A stretch of 64,000 bases of DNA, from assembly GCA_963736855.1 (NCBI GenBank), contig CAVTQK010000017.1:163604-227603 (forward strand). The letters are read 5' to 3'. This DNA comes from an uncultured delta proteobacterium (GTDB lineage Bacteria; Desulfobacterota; Desulfobacteria; Desulfobacterales; UBA2156). Below, piece after piece: positions 20,778 through 31,589 of the stretch. Both the position numbers and the translations under genes were made by a program. The notes beneath the pieces were generated by a model. It was not told the origin of the DNA, made no database searches, and saw only the letters and a list, made by a program, of their open reading frames with translations. Every line of letters begins with the position of its first letter. Positions within the stretch are counted from its first letter, which is position 1.

Positions 20778-21745
20778 ATGCTTGCCTGGAAATAAGAGAG
20801 CGACTTTCCGAATATTTGGACGGTGCCCTGGATTCAGAGGAAGCTTCCGGTATCGAAAGTCACTTGGCTTCCTGTTCGGCGTGTCGGGAAGAGCTGTCTT
20901 CTCTGCGGGCCGTACGTGAAGCCCTGGGCGCCCTGAAGCCGGTGGATCCTCCATCCGATTTCCTCAACCGGCTCCACGAGCGAATGGCTTCCCGATCTTT
21001 TTTTAAACGCGTGGCCCGGTGGCTTTTTTTTCCCATGAAGATCAAGCTCCCCTTGGAGTTTGTTACGGCGGCCGCGGTCGGCGTACTCCTGTTTTTTATC
21101 CTCAACCCCCAGCAGGCGATGAAACCTGCCCTAGCTCCGCATCTCAAAGGTGTTTCGGAAGAGACCCGGAAGGCTTCCGCGCCTGAAGAGATCAACGAGG
21201 TCCGGGAAGAGGCCCAGGTGGGCGCTGTTGCTCCCGGCAACGTTGTGCCGGATAAGTTCGATAAATCGGAATCTCGGCTGGAAATCGTGCTCGAAAAAAA
21301 GACCGGTTCGGTTCTTTCCGGAAAAGCATCCGGAAAAGAGGCGATCAAAGCCGAACAAGAACAGGTTCGAAGGACCCCCGGGGCAGATCCGACAAAGCCT
21401 TTGAAAGCCGCTTCCCCCTTTGCTGAAGAGAAAGCCATACCGGCTCCTGAGATTAAAAAGGATGCAAAGGACGATACCGCAGATAAGGCTGCACATCTTT
21501 TCCGGGGTCAGGAATCCGTTAAAGCCCGGGTTATCGGACGCATCGTGCAGATCGGCGGCGAGGTCATCGGATCTTTAGAAGAAGGAGAAGAGAAAGTCCT
21601 GATCTGCCGCATTCCGAAAGATGCGTTCGGAAGGCTGCGGGAAAGCCTGGAATCACTCGGCGATAGGGTATCGTTTTCCCAGGAGACGCTTCAGACGACC
21701 GCCGATCCCGTTGAAATCCGCGTTCGCATCGTTTTTTTGGAGTGA
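20774..21745 (+). CDS. Zinc-binding (zf-HC2) membrane anti-sigma factor
   Basis: HLASCSAC motif, single TM, and 4-bp overlap with the sigma gene. Confidence 0.88.
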   Translation: MNACLEIRERLSEYLDGALDSEEASGIESHLASCSACREELSSLRAVREALGALKPVDPPSDFLNRLHERMASRSFFKRVARWLFFPMKIKLPLEFVTAAAVGVLLFFILNPQQAMKPALAPHLKGVSEETRKASAPEEINEVREEAQVGAVAPGNVVPDKFDKSESRLEIVLEKKTGSVLSGKASGKEAIKAEQEQVRRTPGADPTKPLKAASPFAEEKAIPAPEIKKDAKDDTADKAAHLFRGQESVKARVIGRIVQIGGEVIGSLEEGEEKVLICRIPKDAFGRLRESLESLGDRVSFSQETLQTTADPVEIRVRIVFLE

Positions 21746-21768
21746 ACGATCAGTGAAGGAGATACGGA

Positions 21769-22905
21769 TCAGGGATCCGATTCGGTTTCCGACCCGTTTT
21801 CAGCCGGGGCCTTTCGTGCAGGTTTTGGATAGATCAGCAGGCGTTGGCCGGGGCGGATGGGTTCTCGAGGATCGAGACGGTTCCGCGAGAGGATGGAGGC
21901 AAGGGGTATTTGGAAACGCGCTGAAATGGAGGAGAGGCTGTCCCCGTTCCGGATCACATAAACACCCCGATCCTTCAGGGAGAGGTAGGTCTTTATGGCG
22001 GCCTCAAGCCGGGCCTGAAATCCTTCGGAGGTTCCGCGGGGAATACGAAGAGAGTGAGTCCCTTCATGAAGGTAGCGGTTGCGAAGGGCGGGGTTCAGAT
22101 CCCGGATCCTTTTGAAGTAGGTCCCGGCGGCATCGGCGATGATGCGAAGGGGAACCTCCTGGTTGAGGGTCACCCGGACCTCATCAAAAAGGATGGGAGG
22201 ATAGAAATCCGCATCGGACAGCTCGAATCCGTGGGCCTTGGGATTCGAAAGGATGAGCTTGGCCGAAAGGATACGGAATAAAAATCGCTGGGTTTCCTGA
22301 GGAAGGAAGAGCTTATAGTATGAGTCGGTCCCCTGCTCCTGAATTTCCTCACTGAGCTTGTCTTCCCCCATGTTGTAAGCGGCTGCGGAAAGGGTCCAGG
22401 ACCTGAAGACGGTATGCAAATCCCGGAAATAGCGTATCGCCGCCCGTGTCGCAGCATAAAAATCCCTGCGTTCATCAAGATTGCGGTCGATGATCAGACC
22501 GTACTTCTTACCTGTTTCGGCCATGAATTGCCACATCCCCACCGCACCTTTGGATGAGTAGATATGCTCCAGAAGCGAACTTTCGGCCACCGCAACGTAT
22601 TTCAGATCCGACGGCAATCCTTCGGCATTCAGCATCTGTTCCACCATAGCCAGGTATCGGCGTGAGCGCTTCAGCCACAAGAGAACTTGTGCCCGGTCCC
22701 ACAATGAAAGGAGCAGCTCCTTTTCAAGCCGCTCGCGGATTTCCTGTTCTTCAAGGGGAACTTTTTCTCCGCAAAAGTCCAAAGGTTCTTGAATTTTGAG
22801 GGAATCGATCAGGAGGGGCATTCTCGACAACGACCCGGTTTCTCCATATCCGATACCGGGAACTATCAGGCCGGATATGATCAGGAAGATGAGCAAAGGT
22901 TTCAT
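21769..22905 (-). CDS. Lytic transglycosylase with LysM (MltD-like)
   Basis: AESS, GAVGMWQF, AAYNMG and C-terminal LysM; signal peptide at MKPLL. Confidence 0.9.
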   Translation of the reverse strand: MKPLLIFLIISGLIVPGIGYGETGSLSRMPLLIDSLKIQEPLDFCGEKVPLEEQEIRERLEKELLLSLWDRAQVLLWLKRSRRYLAMVEQMLNAEGLPSDLKYVAVAESSLLEHIYSSKGAVGMWQFMAETGKKYGLIIDRNLDERRDFYAATRAAIRYFRDLHTVFRSWTLSAAAYNMGEDKLSEEIQEQGTDSYYKLFLPQETQRFLFRILSAKLILSNPKAHGFELSDADFYPPILFDEVRVTLNQEVPLRIIADAAGTYFKRIRDLNPALRNRYLHEGTHSLRIPRGTSEGFQARLEAAIKTYLSLKDRGVYVIRNGDSLSSISARFQIPLASILSRNRLDPREPIRPGQRLLIYPKPARKAPAENGSETESDP

Positions 22906-23064
22906 GATCGATGAGGTATACCGGATTGGATTATCTGTCAAGAACCGGATATGAATGCCGTAAGAGGGGGATAACTCCGTCGTTGAACCGCACTTGAAGA
23001 TCTTTTGCACCGGTGCAGACTTTTTTATTGAAATCGACGGAAAAACCGAATCCGATCGGCAGGT

Positions 23065-23847
23065 CTATTTTCCCGAAACCACGTAAAGATATACCTCCCG
23101 CGGCCCATGAGCACCGTGGATCATGGTGGCTTCGATGTCGGCGGTTTTGCTGGGGCCGGAGATGAATGCCATGTAGTTTGACAATCCCTCTGATCGAAAC
23201 CGATCATCCCAGCGCAGGAGGGCGAACAGTTCTTTCATGTCGCTGATGATCTGATCCAGGGTGATGACGGCGATATGGATGGATGGAACCAATGCCACAG
23301 AGCGCGGTTGACCCGTTCGGTTGCGCAGGACCAAAGTGGCCGTGTCGGCCATACAGAGGTCGGCCGAGGTCACGCCGATATACGACGCAGTGACGGCGCT
23401 ACGCAGGTGCTCCCGTTCGATCCGGTCTTGGGTCGGGTCGGCCGCGGGATCCATCGGTTCCGTTCGATGCAATGCTATCTTTAGTCGATCCAGAGGGGCT
23501 TTTAACTCCATAAGATCGATCAGGGGATGCCGCCAGACGACCACGTTCTTATCTGCGCCCCATTCGGGTTTTTTGGCCTCAGCCAGCGTGGCAATCGCCG
23601 TGGCCGCCGCGGTGAGATCCGGTATCGGAATCACGCTCAGATGAATAGGCAGGGCGGCTTCCATAAGCTGGGATAAGAGGGTATTTCGATCGGCGGCCGT
23701 GCGGCTGCGATGGTTGTCAAGAATCCGCAGTTCTTCCGGGGAAGGCGCGTGAGTGAACAGAGGAGATCCATGATGGGGAAAATCGGGTTCGTGATATAGA
23801 GCCCGGCGAATGCGGTGCAGAAAAGATTCCTGATCGGGAGTGCTCAT
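23065..23847 (-). CDS. lutC: Lactate utilisation protein LutC
   Basis: ISGPSKTADIE...GAHGP. Confidence 0.9.
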   Translation of the reverse strand: MSTPDQESFLHRIRRALYHEPDFPHHGSPLFTHAPSPEELRILDNHRSRTAADRNTLLSQLMEAALPIHLSVIPIPDLTAAATAIATLAEAKKPEWGADKNVVVWRHPLIDLMELKAPLDRLKIALHRTEPMDPAADPTQDRIEREHLRSAVTASYIGVTSADLCMADTATLVLRNRTGQPRSVALVPSIHIAVITLDQIISDMKELFALLRWDDRFRSEGLSNYMAFISGPSKTADIEATMIHGAHGPREVYLYVVSGK

Positions 23848-25289
23848 CGGGTATTGCTCATGGCTTTCTTATTTCGCCAGCTTTCTATAAATGTTTCCTT
23901 TGCCAACGGTTGAAAGTTGCGGCTTTGGGTCCATCCTGCAAGGGGCGGTGGGAGACGGCGGATCATACTTCCTGAACGGGGAAAAAGCTTCTGGCCAACA
24001 ACCGCCATCTTCAAAAAGCGCTCGTAGATGTGTCGATGGTCGATGAGGCACGACCATGCCTTGTAGGCCAGCCCCTCCATGCGGCTTGCAGGTTTCACCT
24101 GCCAGTTTTCATCTCCATAAGCCAGCTTTTCCCGAAGGGCCAAAAGCATCCGAGGCAGATCGATGGCCATCGAACAGGCATCCATACAGGCCCCGCAGAG
24201 GGTTTCCCCCAGGCAAAGGTCCTTGGCCCGGTTGATGCCGGTCAGCAGCGGAGTGACTACGGCACCCACAGGTCCTGAATAGGGAAATCCATAGGCGTGC
24301 CCGCCGATCTTGCCGTATACCGGACAGACGTTGAGACATGCCGCGCAGCGGATGCAGTAAAGGATTTCTCTGAATTGCGGATCGGCTAGAATCCGACTGC
24401 GGCCGTTGTCGAGGATGACCAGGTGGAATTCATCCGGTCCGTCCGATTCCCCCGGTCGGCGCGGTCCGCCGATGTAGCTGACATAGGTGGCCATGGTCTG
24501 GGCGGCTGCGCCTCGACACAATAACCTTAAGAGGATTTCGTATTCGTCCAGCCGCGCGACGATCCGTTCCATTCCCATGAAGGCGACATGGACACGGGGC
24601 AGGGTGGTGGCCATGCGGATGTTTCCTTCATTGGAGACGGTGGTGATATGACCGGTTTCAGCGCAGGCGATGTTCACCCCGGAAGTTCCCATATCGGCTG
24701 AAAGGAATTTTTCCCGCAACGCTTTTCGGGCCGCCTGGGTCAGTTCATGGGGATCGGTGGTGCGGCGGATCCCGATTTTCTTGACAAAGAGATCGGAGAT
24801 ATCGTGCCGGTTCTTATGAACGGCCGGGGCGATGATGTGCGATGGCTTTTCACCGGCGAGCTGGATGATGTACTCCCCGAGATCGGTTTCCACCGGTTCA
24901 ATCCCTGCTGCTTCCAGCGCCGGGTTCAGGCCGATCTCTTCGGTCACCATGGACTTTCCCTTCACCACCCGGCGGACATTGTTTTGCCGGGCCACTGTAA
25001 TACAGTAATCCACGGCCTCTTTTGCAGTTTGAGCAAAATAAACGTAGCCGCCGTTGGCGCGGATTTTTTCTGCCAGGATATCCAGGAGGACATCGAGATG
25101 GGCGATGGCTTTTTCCCGGATGTCATGCGCCTTGAAGCGTAATTCCGGTCCTTCGGGAAGGCGACGGTAGGCCTCAGCAGTTCCTCGGCCGAAGCGGTCC
25201 TGGAGCCCGGCTAGGGCCTTCTGAAGCACCGGGTTGGCAATCCCCTTTCTGGCTTCTTTCACATAAGTATCCGGGCGGATATCGGACAT
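23844..25289 (-). CDS. lutB: Lactate utilisation Fe-S protein LutB
   Basis: KGKSMVTEE, ETDLGE, PSHIIAPA and CIRCAACLNVCP. Confidence 0.93.
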   Translation of the reverse strand: MSDIRPDTYVKEARKGIANPVLQKALAGLQDRFGRGTAEAYRRLPEGPELRFKAHDIREKAIAHLDVLLDILAEKIRANGGYVYFAQTAKEAVDYCITVARQNNVRRVVKGKSMVTEEIGLNPALEAAGIEPVETDLGEYIIQLAGEKPSHIIAPAVHKNRHDISDLFVKKIGIRRTTDPHELTQAARKALREKFLSADMGTSGVNIACAETGHITTVSNEGNIRMATTLPRVHVAFMGMERIVARLDEYEILLRLLCRGAAAQTMATYVSYIGGPRRPGESDGPDEFHLVILDNGRSRILADPQFREILYCIRCAACLNVCPVYGKIGGHAYGFPYSGPVGAVVTPLLTGINRAKDLCLGETLCGACMDACSMAIDLPRMLLALREKLAYGDENWQVKPASRMEGLAYKAWSCLIDHRHIYERFLKMAVVGQKLFPRSGSMIRRLPPPLAGWTQSRNFQPLAKETFIESWRNKKAMSNTR

Positions 25290-25306
25290 GGTTCGCTGCT
25301 TTGGGG

Positions 25307-26044
25307 TTATGGGTTATCTCCGGCTAAAAGCTGGGCGATGTGCAGTGCTTGAATAGAAAGGTTCCTTCGGCTGATGGCTCCGGCGATGTTGAGCAGGCAT
25401 CCGGTATCGCAGCCGATCACTGCCTGGGCGCCGGAATGGATGATGTGATCGACCTTGTCGTTGACCATGGCACCGGAGATATCCGGGTACTTGACTGCAA
25501 ACGACCCGCCGAAGCCGCAGCAATAATCGGAATTCTTCATTTCCACAAATTCGGCGCCTGCGATATTCCGTAACAGCCTCCGGGGCTGGTCTTTGACCCC
25601 GATGCCGCGCAAAAGCTGGCAGGAATCGTGGTAGGTGATGCAGCCGTTGAAATGCGCGCCCACGTCCTCCACTCCCAGAACATCCACCAGAAACTCGGTG
25701 AACTCATAGGTCCGGTCGGCGACCCTTTGGGCGCGTGTCTGCCAGGCCGGATCATCCCGAAGCAGTTCAGGATAATGGTGACGCACCATATGCACGCAGG
25801 ATCCTGATGGTGAAACGATGATTTCGGAGCCTTCGAAGATCTCAATGAAACGCTTTGCGGCGATGCACGCCTGGCGGCGGTACCCTGAATTATAGGCCGG
25901 CTGACCGCAGCAGGTCTGATTTGTCGGACACTCCAGAGAAAGTCCTAATTTTTGCAAAACCCGGACCATGGCTTCGGCCACCTGCGGCCATACCGCATCC
26001 ACCAGGCATTGAATGAAAAGCGTAACTTTCGGCTTTTTGTCCAT
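25307..26044 (-). CDS. lutA: Lactate utilisation CCG-domain protein LutA
   Basis: QTCCGQP, PSGSC, YHDSC and CCGFGG. Confidence 0.92.
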   Translation of the reverse strand: MDKKPKVTLFIQCLVDAVWPQVAEAMVRVLQKLGLSLECPTNQTCCGQPAYNSGYRRQACIAAKRFIEIFEGSEIIVSPSGSCVHMVRHHYPELLRDDPAWQTRAQRVADRTYEFTEFLVDVLGVEDVGAHFNGCITYHDSCQLLRGIGVKDQPRRLLRNIAGAEFVEMKNSDYCCGFGGSFAVKYPDISGAMVNDKVDHIIHSGAQAVIGCDTGCLLNIAGAISRRNLSIQALHIAQLLAGDNP

Positions 26045-26293
26045 CCCCTTTGAAAAAACCTTGAACGGTTGCGAGATCCTGGAGTTTGAACCATCTGATC
26101 CTTCAGACTCACCGTTGAGGTATCGAAAAACGGATCCGCTGTCAAAACGTATTTGAGCTTTAGATAGCAAGGCTTTCTTACATGCTTGAAAAATGGTTTG
26201 CCGTCACCGAATTTTTTCGGGGAACTTTTTTGCCGTTGAATGGTCTGATGGGGATAGAAGCAGAATGAAAAATGAAAAGTAAAAGGAGGCGAC

Positions 26294-28661
26294 ATGGCAA
26301 CACGAATCAGACGATGGACGGGTTATATGATTTTTTGGATCTGTATTTTCACCGCGGGCTCTTCCTGGGCTCAACCGGAGCCAAACGGGCAGGATCGGAC
26401 TCATTCCCCTTATTTTTTTATTCAAAGCGATGATCCGAATGTGGATCGTCTCCCCCTGAAGTCCACCTCGGTGAAGGTGAATATCGTCGGTGTCATTGCC
26501 GATGTTACCGTTTCCCAGGTCTATGAAAACCAGGGTGGCCGACCCATCGAGGCGATTTATGTGTTTCCGGCATCCACCCGGGCGGCGGTCTATGCCATGA
26601 AAATGACCGTAGGTGAGCGAACGGTTACGGCGGTGATCGAGAAGCGTGAAGAAGCCCGGCGCCGATATGAACAGGCCAAAGCAGAAGGTAAAAGCGCATT
26701 GCTTCTGGAACAACACCGACCCAACGTATTCCAGATGAACGTGGGGAACATCCTGCCTAAGGATGTAATCCGTGTGGAGATGCGCTATACCGAACTGCTG
26801 GTTCCTATCAAATCCGTTTATGAATTCGTTTATCCCACGGTGGTGGGACCCCGGTATGCCGGAGACCAGGGAGACGGCATTCTTCCCAATGAAGGTTGGA
26901 TCGAAAATCCGTATCTGAGACAGGGTGAGACTCCTTCCTACCGTTTCGATGCTTCGGTGAGGATCGCGGCCGGGATGCCCATTCAAGATGTCTCATGCCC
27001 TTCCCATAAATTGCACATCCAGTACCTCGGACCGGACGTGGCAAAGGCTAACCTTGATTCTTCTGAACAAAACGGCGAAAATCGGGATGTTATTTTAAGA
27101 TACCGGCTCAATGGCTCCAGAGTGCAAACCGGTCTCATGCTGTTGGAAGGCGAAAAGGAAAATTTTTTCCTGCTGATGGCACAGCCCCCGGAGCGGGTGG
27201 TTATGGAACAGGTCCCGCCCCGGGAGTACATCTTCATCGTGGATGTTTCCGGGTCCATGCATGGATACCCGTTGGATATTTCCAAGCAGTTGTTCAAGAC
27301 ACTGATTTCCGGGTTGCGTCCGGAAGACCGATTCAACGTCCTTCTTTTTGCCGCGGGTTTTTCGATGCTGGCGGAGCGTTCCCTGCCCGTCACTCCTGAA
27401 AATATTCGTAACGCCATCGATACCATCGATCACCAGAGGGGTGGCGGCGGCACACGACTTCTCCCGGCTCTGAAAAAAGCAATGGACTCCCCGAAGACTG
27501 AGGGGTATTCCCGCATCGTGGTGATTGCCACGGACGGTTATGTCTCCGTCGAGACAGAGGCTTTCGACCTGATTCGTCAAAATCTGAATCATGCAAACGT
27601 ATTTGCCTTCGGCATCGGATCGAGCGTGAATCGGTTCCTTATCGAAGGGATGGCGAGGGCAGGGATGGGAGAACCCTTTGTCATCACAAACCCCGAGACA
27701 GCAAAAAGCCAGGCCAAAACCTTTCAGGAGATGATCGAACGACCGGTTCTCACCGGCATACGCATCGACTATGGCGATTTCAGGGTCTATGACGTTCAAC
27801 CGCACTCCGTTCCGGATATCATGGCCGAGCGGCCCGTGGTGATCTTTGGAAAGTGGCGCGGAAAACCAAAAGGAAATATTACGCTGACCGGAACACTGGG
27901 TAACCGCCCTTACACTCAAGCAATTTCCGTTGAATCTGTCTTGCCGGATAAGCAAAATGAGGCCTTGAAATATTTATGGGCGCGCCATCGTATTGCCGTA
28001 TTGTCCGATGATCATCAGCTTCGGCCCGACGATGCTCGAACCCGAGAGATCACGCAGCTGGGGCTTTCTTACAGCCTTCTGACCGCTTACACTTCTTTTG
28101 TGGCGGTGGACAGTCAGGTCCGGATAAAGGATGGGAAGGCCGTCGTGGTAAAACAGCCCCTCCCCCTGCCTCAGGGAGTGTCCGATCTGGCATTAGGAGG
28201 AGAGCCCCTGGCCCAGTCTGCCTTTAAAGGCCTTGGACATTTCATGCCGCAGGCAAGCCCGTACCCCCTTGCCCGGGAAGAGTCAAAAAGCGCGGACATC
28301 AAGAATCGAGTCCGGCGCCGATAAAAACGAAAGAGAAAAATCAGTCACAACCATCGATCGGCTTGAGGTCACAGACGGATTATCACTCCCAACAATCCGT
28401 CGAATACTGGAAGCACACCTTCCTCAAATTGAATCCTGCCTGAAAAGGCTTCGTGAGAAAGCTGCATCCGGCGGCATGAAGGTTACCCTTGAAATCGAGA
28501 TCGGGGTAGACGGCAAAGTCCTCATGATCAGGATTTTAGGAGCGACAAAGACCGACGGACGGATTGAAACCTGCCTTCTGGATAAGATGTCTGCTTTCGG
28601 TTTTCCGATGCCTTCGACCGGCAAAAGTGAAACGATAACACTTTCACTTTTATTGGTGTAA
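26294..28661 (+). CDS. Exported VIT + vWA domain protein with a small C-terminal domain, frameshifted near 28270-28300
   Basis: Signal peptide, VIT domain and MIDAS DVSGS. The overlapping +1 frame encodes an AgmX/TonB-C-like domain (IESC...IETC). Confidence 0.75.
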
Positions 28662-28670
28662 CAGGTTAAG

Positions 28671-28708
28671 CCCCCTGCCGTCTCATGATGGCAGGGGGTC
28701 CATTTTTT
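28671..28708 (+). terminator. Intrinsic terminator
   Basis: CCCCCTGCCGTC...GATGGCAGGGGG hairpin followed by a T tract. Confidence 0.7.
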
Positions 28709-28895
28709 CAGGAAAAGGTGCTTTGAAATCTGACTCTTTCAGCTATGGGTCTTTCCCGATAACTCGTCCCGATTCTAAAGCATGAAACGCAGCAAATTCA
28801 GATCCTAGCATGGGAATTTTGTGTCGTGGAGCGAAACTGCCGGTTTGGACGGACAAACCCGTATTCAAAAGGATTGCGATGACTTTTTCGATGGG

Positions 28896-30051
28896 TCAGC
28901 CGAACAGGATCTCTTGGTCGAACTCGTCGTTACTTTCCATTACTCGGTCTATGGAAAGCCTATCTGCCGACGTTGGGTGGGATTCCAGCAGTCTAATGAT
29001 TTCAGCAGGTCCCATCACCACACCATGTTTCTCGCCGGCCGGCTTGAAGAACGCATATTGGGGATAGTAAACGTTGGAGTAGCGATAGGCCCGATCTTCG
29101 AAATACAAGTCCACCGTCAGACCCGATACGCCGAAAATCCCTTTTGAGATTACTTCCGGGATGGCGTGGATTGCGTCGATGAAACGGTTGAACTCTATCC
29201 AGGTATTCACATTCGCTATGGTGACCATGGGGGGATAATCTATCCTGGAGACGATCTCATGCATCAAAGGATGCAAGCGCCGGGTCAGGTCGTCCGGATA
29301 GGGGATCGACGAAACCCAGAGAAAATCGAAATCCTGCGGCCTCAGATCGTCACCCAGCGGAGCAGGCTCCTCGGTGATCTTCCGCCCTTTTGCCTCAAGG
29401 GTTTGGAGAAGCTCCGGATGGATTTCAAACATGACGGATCGAGGTTTTTCTTCGGTCATCAAACCCAGACACTCGATTCCGCCTTGAACCAGTGAAGATT
29501 TCAGTCGCACCTTTACGGGATGCGGCTCGATGGAACTGTGTATCCCGATCAGACGATTCGGAATTTCGAGGAAGACTTTTCCGTTATGCTCGAAAAACCA
29601 GCACGCGGCTTTTAGCATACGCGTACTCTGCCAAATAAGGCGCAATGACTCCGCTCAGTTTCCCGCAGCAGGAACTAAATCCCCCGATTTTTTCGCGGTA
29701 CAGCCGGCCGAATATTCTCTCCCGATGGTCGAACCCTGTATGGCTTCCCATGACAAAAACCACGTTCCGACCGTGATGGCATGCGGGCAAAATCGAACTC
29801 GTGTCCAGTTCGGCGCCGACACTGCGCCCTACAAAAGGGGCGGTTCCAAAAGCGGCAATGAAATAGAGCTTCTTCAGGCCCTGGCTCTCGTCCGGACACT
29901 CCACTTTGACGGGGATGGTTTTAGCCAGATCAAACCGGCAGTATCGGGTCACAACTTCTCTGAATCTTCCAAAAAAAGCATTCAGATGATATTGCCTTGC
30001 CATCACCGCCTTGTTGTTGGGGATAATGGAAGGTCGCTGCAGAAAGCTCAT
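28896..30051 (-). CDS. Hypothetical protein with LCIB/theta carbonic-anhydrase-like motifs, frameshifted near 29595
   Basis: CPDE, SHTG and CCG motifs. The two ORFs join as VLVFEHNG if one T of a T5 run is removed. Confidence 0.5.
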
Positions 30052-30164
30052 GTCTTTTCCTCCTTTGCAGGGCGGCCGAAGGGAGCACGATTCCCCTTTG
30101 CCGCATCGTCAAAAATCGAGTTTGGTCCTATCTGTTTGTGGTGCACGAGTTTCCGATGAGTGTG

Positions 30165-31589
30165 TCAAGAAGCGTAAATGGAACATTCCCGGGCGGCCAT
30201 GGCTGCCTCTTTGAGTGCTTCGGCAAAGGTGGGATGCCCGTGTACGGTTCGGGCGATATCCTCAGAGCTTGCTCCGAACTCCATGGCCAGCACGCATTCT
30301 GCAATCATATCCGAAGCCCGGGGGCCGATGATGTGGGCGCCGAGTACGCGATCGGTATTGGAATGGACAATGAGTTTGACGAATCCGTCCGTTTCCCCCA
30401 TGCAGCGGGCACGACCGGTGCCGGAAAACGGATAGCTTCCCACGCAATAAGGTATCTGCCGCTTTTTGGCCTCTTCCTCGGTGAGCCCCACAGCGGCCAC
30501 CTCCGGCGAGGTGTAAATGACGGCCGGGATCGTATCATAGTTGACTTCACCTGCGCGACCGGCGATGCATTCCACTGCGGCGATCCCTTCAGCCGATGCC
30601 TTGTGGGCCAGCATGGGACCCGGCACCAGGTCTCCGATGGCATAGATAGAGGATATGTTGGTACGATACCGGTCGTCGATGATGATGAACCCGGTCTTGG
30701 GGTCGGTCTCAACGCCGATTTCTTGGAGATTCAGCGCCCGGGTCAAGGGACGACGGCCAACGGCAACCAGTAGCCGGTCCACAGTAAGAGTATCGGATTT
30801 CCCATCGCTTTCAAAGACGACTCTAACCCCTTTTTCTTCAGCAATGGCTTCTCTGACGCTGGTTTTCACCCGGATCTCGATCCCCTGTTTTCTCAGGAGG
30901 CGATCCAAAGTTCTTGCTATCTGTCCGTCCAAGGTCGGGGCGATCCGCGGGAGCATTTCGAGCACCGTGACTTGAGAACCGAGGCGGAGCCACACGGAAC
31001 CCAGCTCCAGGCCGATGTATCCCCCGCCAACGATCCCCAGGTGCCCGGGTACTGCGTCAAAGGAGAGGGCTTCCGTGGAGTTGACGATGCGTTTGCCGTC
31101 GAATTCCAATCCGGGAACCGTAATCGGTTCGCTTCCGGCGGCAAGCAAAATCGCATCCGCTTCCAACAGCTCCGGTTTACTTTTCTTGTCCTGGGAGGTC
31201 ACCTCCACGCGGTCCGGGCCGACTAGGGCGGCTCTCCCTTGAACGATTTGAACCTTGTTTCTTTCCAGGAGCTTTCTGACATTTTCTGTAAGCTCGGCAA
31301 CGACTTGATCCTTTCGAGCCATCATGGCGGGCAGGTCCAAACTCAACTTCCCGGTCCGGATGCCGTGGGCGGCCAGACGATCTTTGGCCAGGTGAAAATA
31401 TTCGCTGGAGTCGAGCAAGGCTTTGCTGGGAATACACCCCATATTCAAGCAGACACCACCCAGACGGGACTCCTTTTCGACACAGGTCGTTTTCAGGCCC
31501 AGCTGGGCCGCTCGGACAGCCGCCACATATCCGCCGGGGCCGGTTCCAACAATCACCAGATCGACACGTTCTCTTTTTGGCATCGTCAT
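30165..31589 (-). CDS. lpdA: Dihydrolipoamide dehydrogenase (E3)
   Basis: GGVCLNMGCIPSK, LAHKA and HPTFAE. Confidence 0.96.
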   Translation of the reverse strand: MTMPKRERVDLVIVGTGPGGYVAAVRAAQLGLKTTCVEKESRLGGVCLNMGCIPSKALLDSSEYFHLAKDRLAAHGIRTGKLSLDLPAMMARKDQVVAELTENVRKLLERNKVQIVQGRAALVGPDRVEVTSQDKKSKPELLEADAILLAAGSEPITVPGLEFDGKRIVNSTEALSFDAVPGHLGIVGGGYIGLELGSVWLRLGSQVTVLEMLPRIAPTLDGQIARTLDRLLRKQGIEIRVKTSVREAIAEEKGVRVVFESDGKSDTLTVDRLLVAVGRRPLTRALNLQEIGVETDPKTGFIIIDDRYRTNISSIYAIGDLVPGPMLAHKASAEGIAAVECIAGRAGEVNYDTIPAVIYTSPEVAAVGLTEEEAKKRQIPYCVGSYPFSGTGRARCMGETDGFVKLIVHSNTDRVLGAHIIGPRASDMIAECVLAMEFGASSEDIARTVHGHPTFAEALKEAAMAARECSIYAS

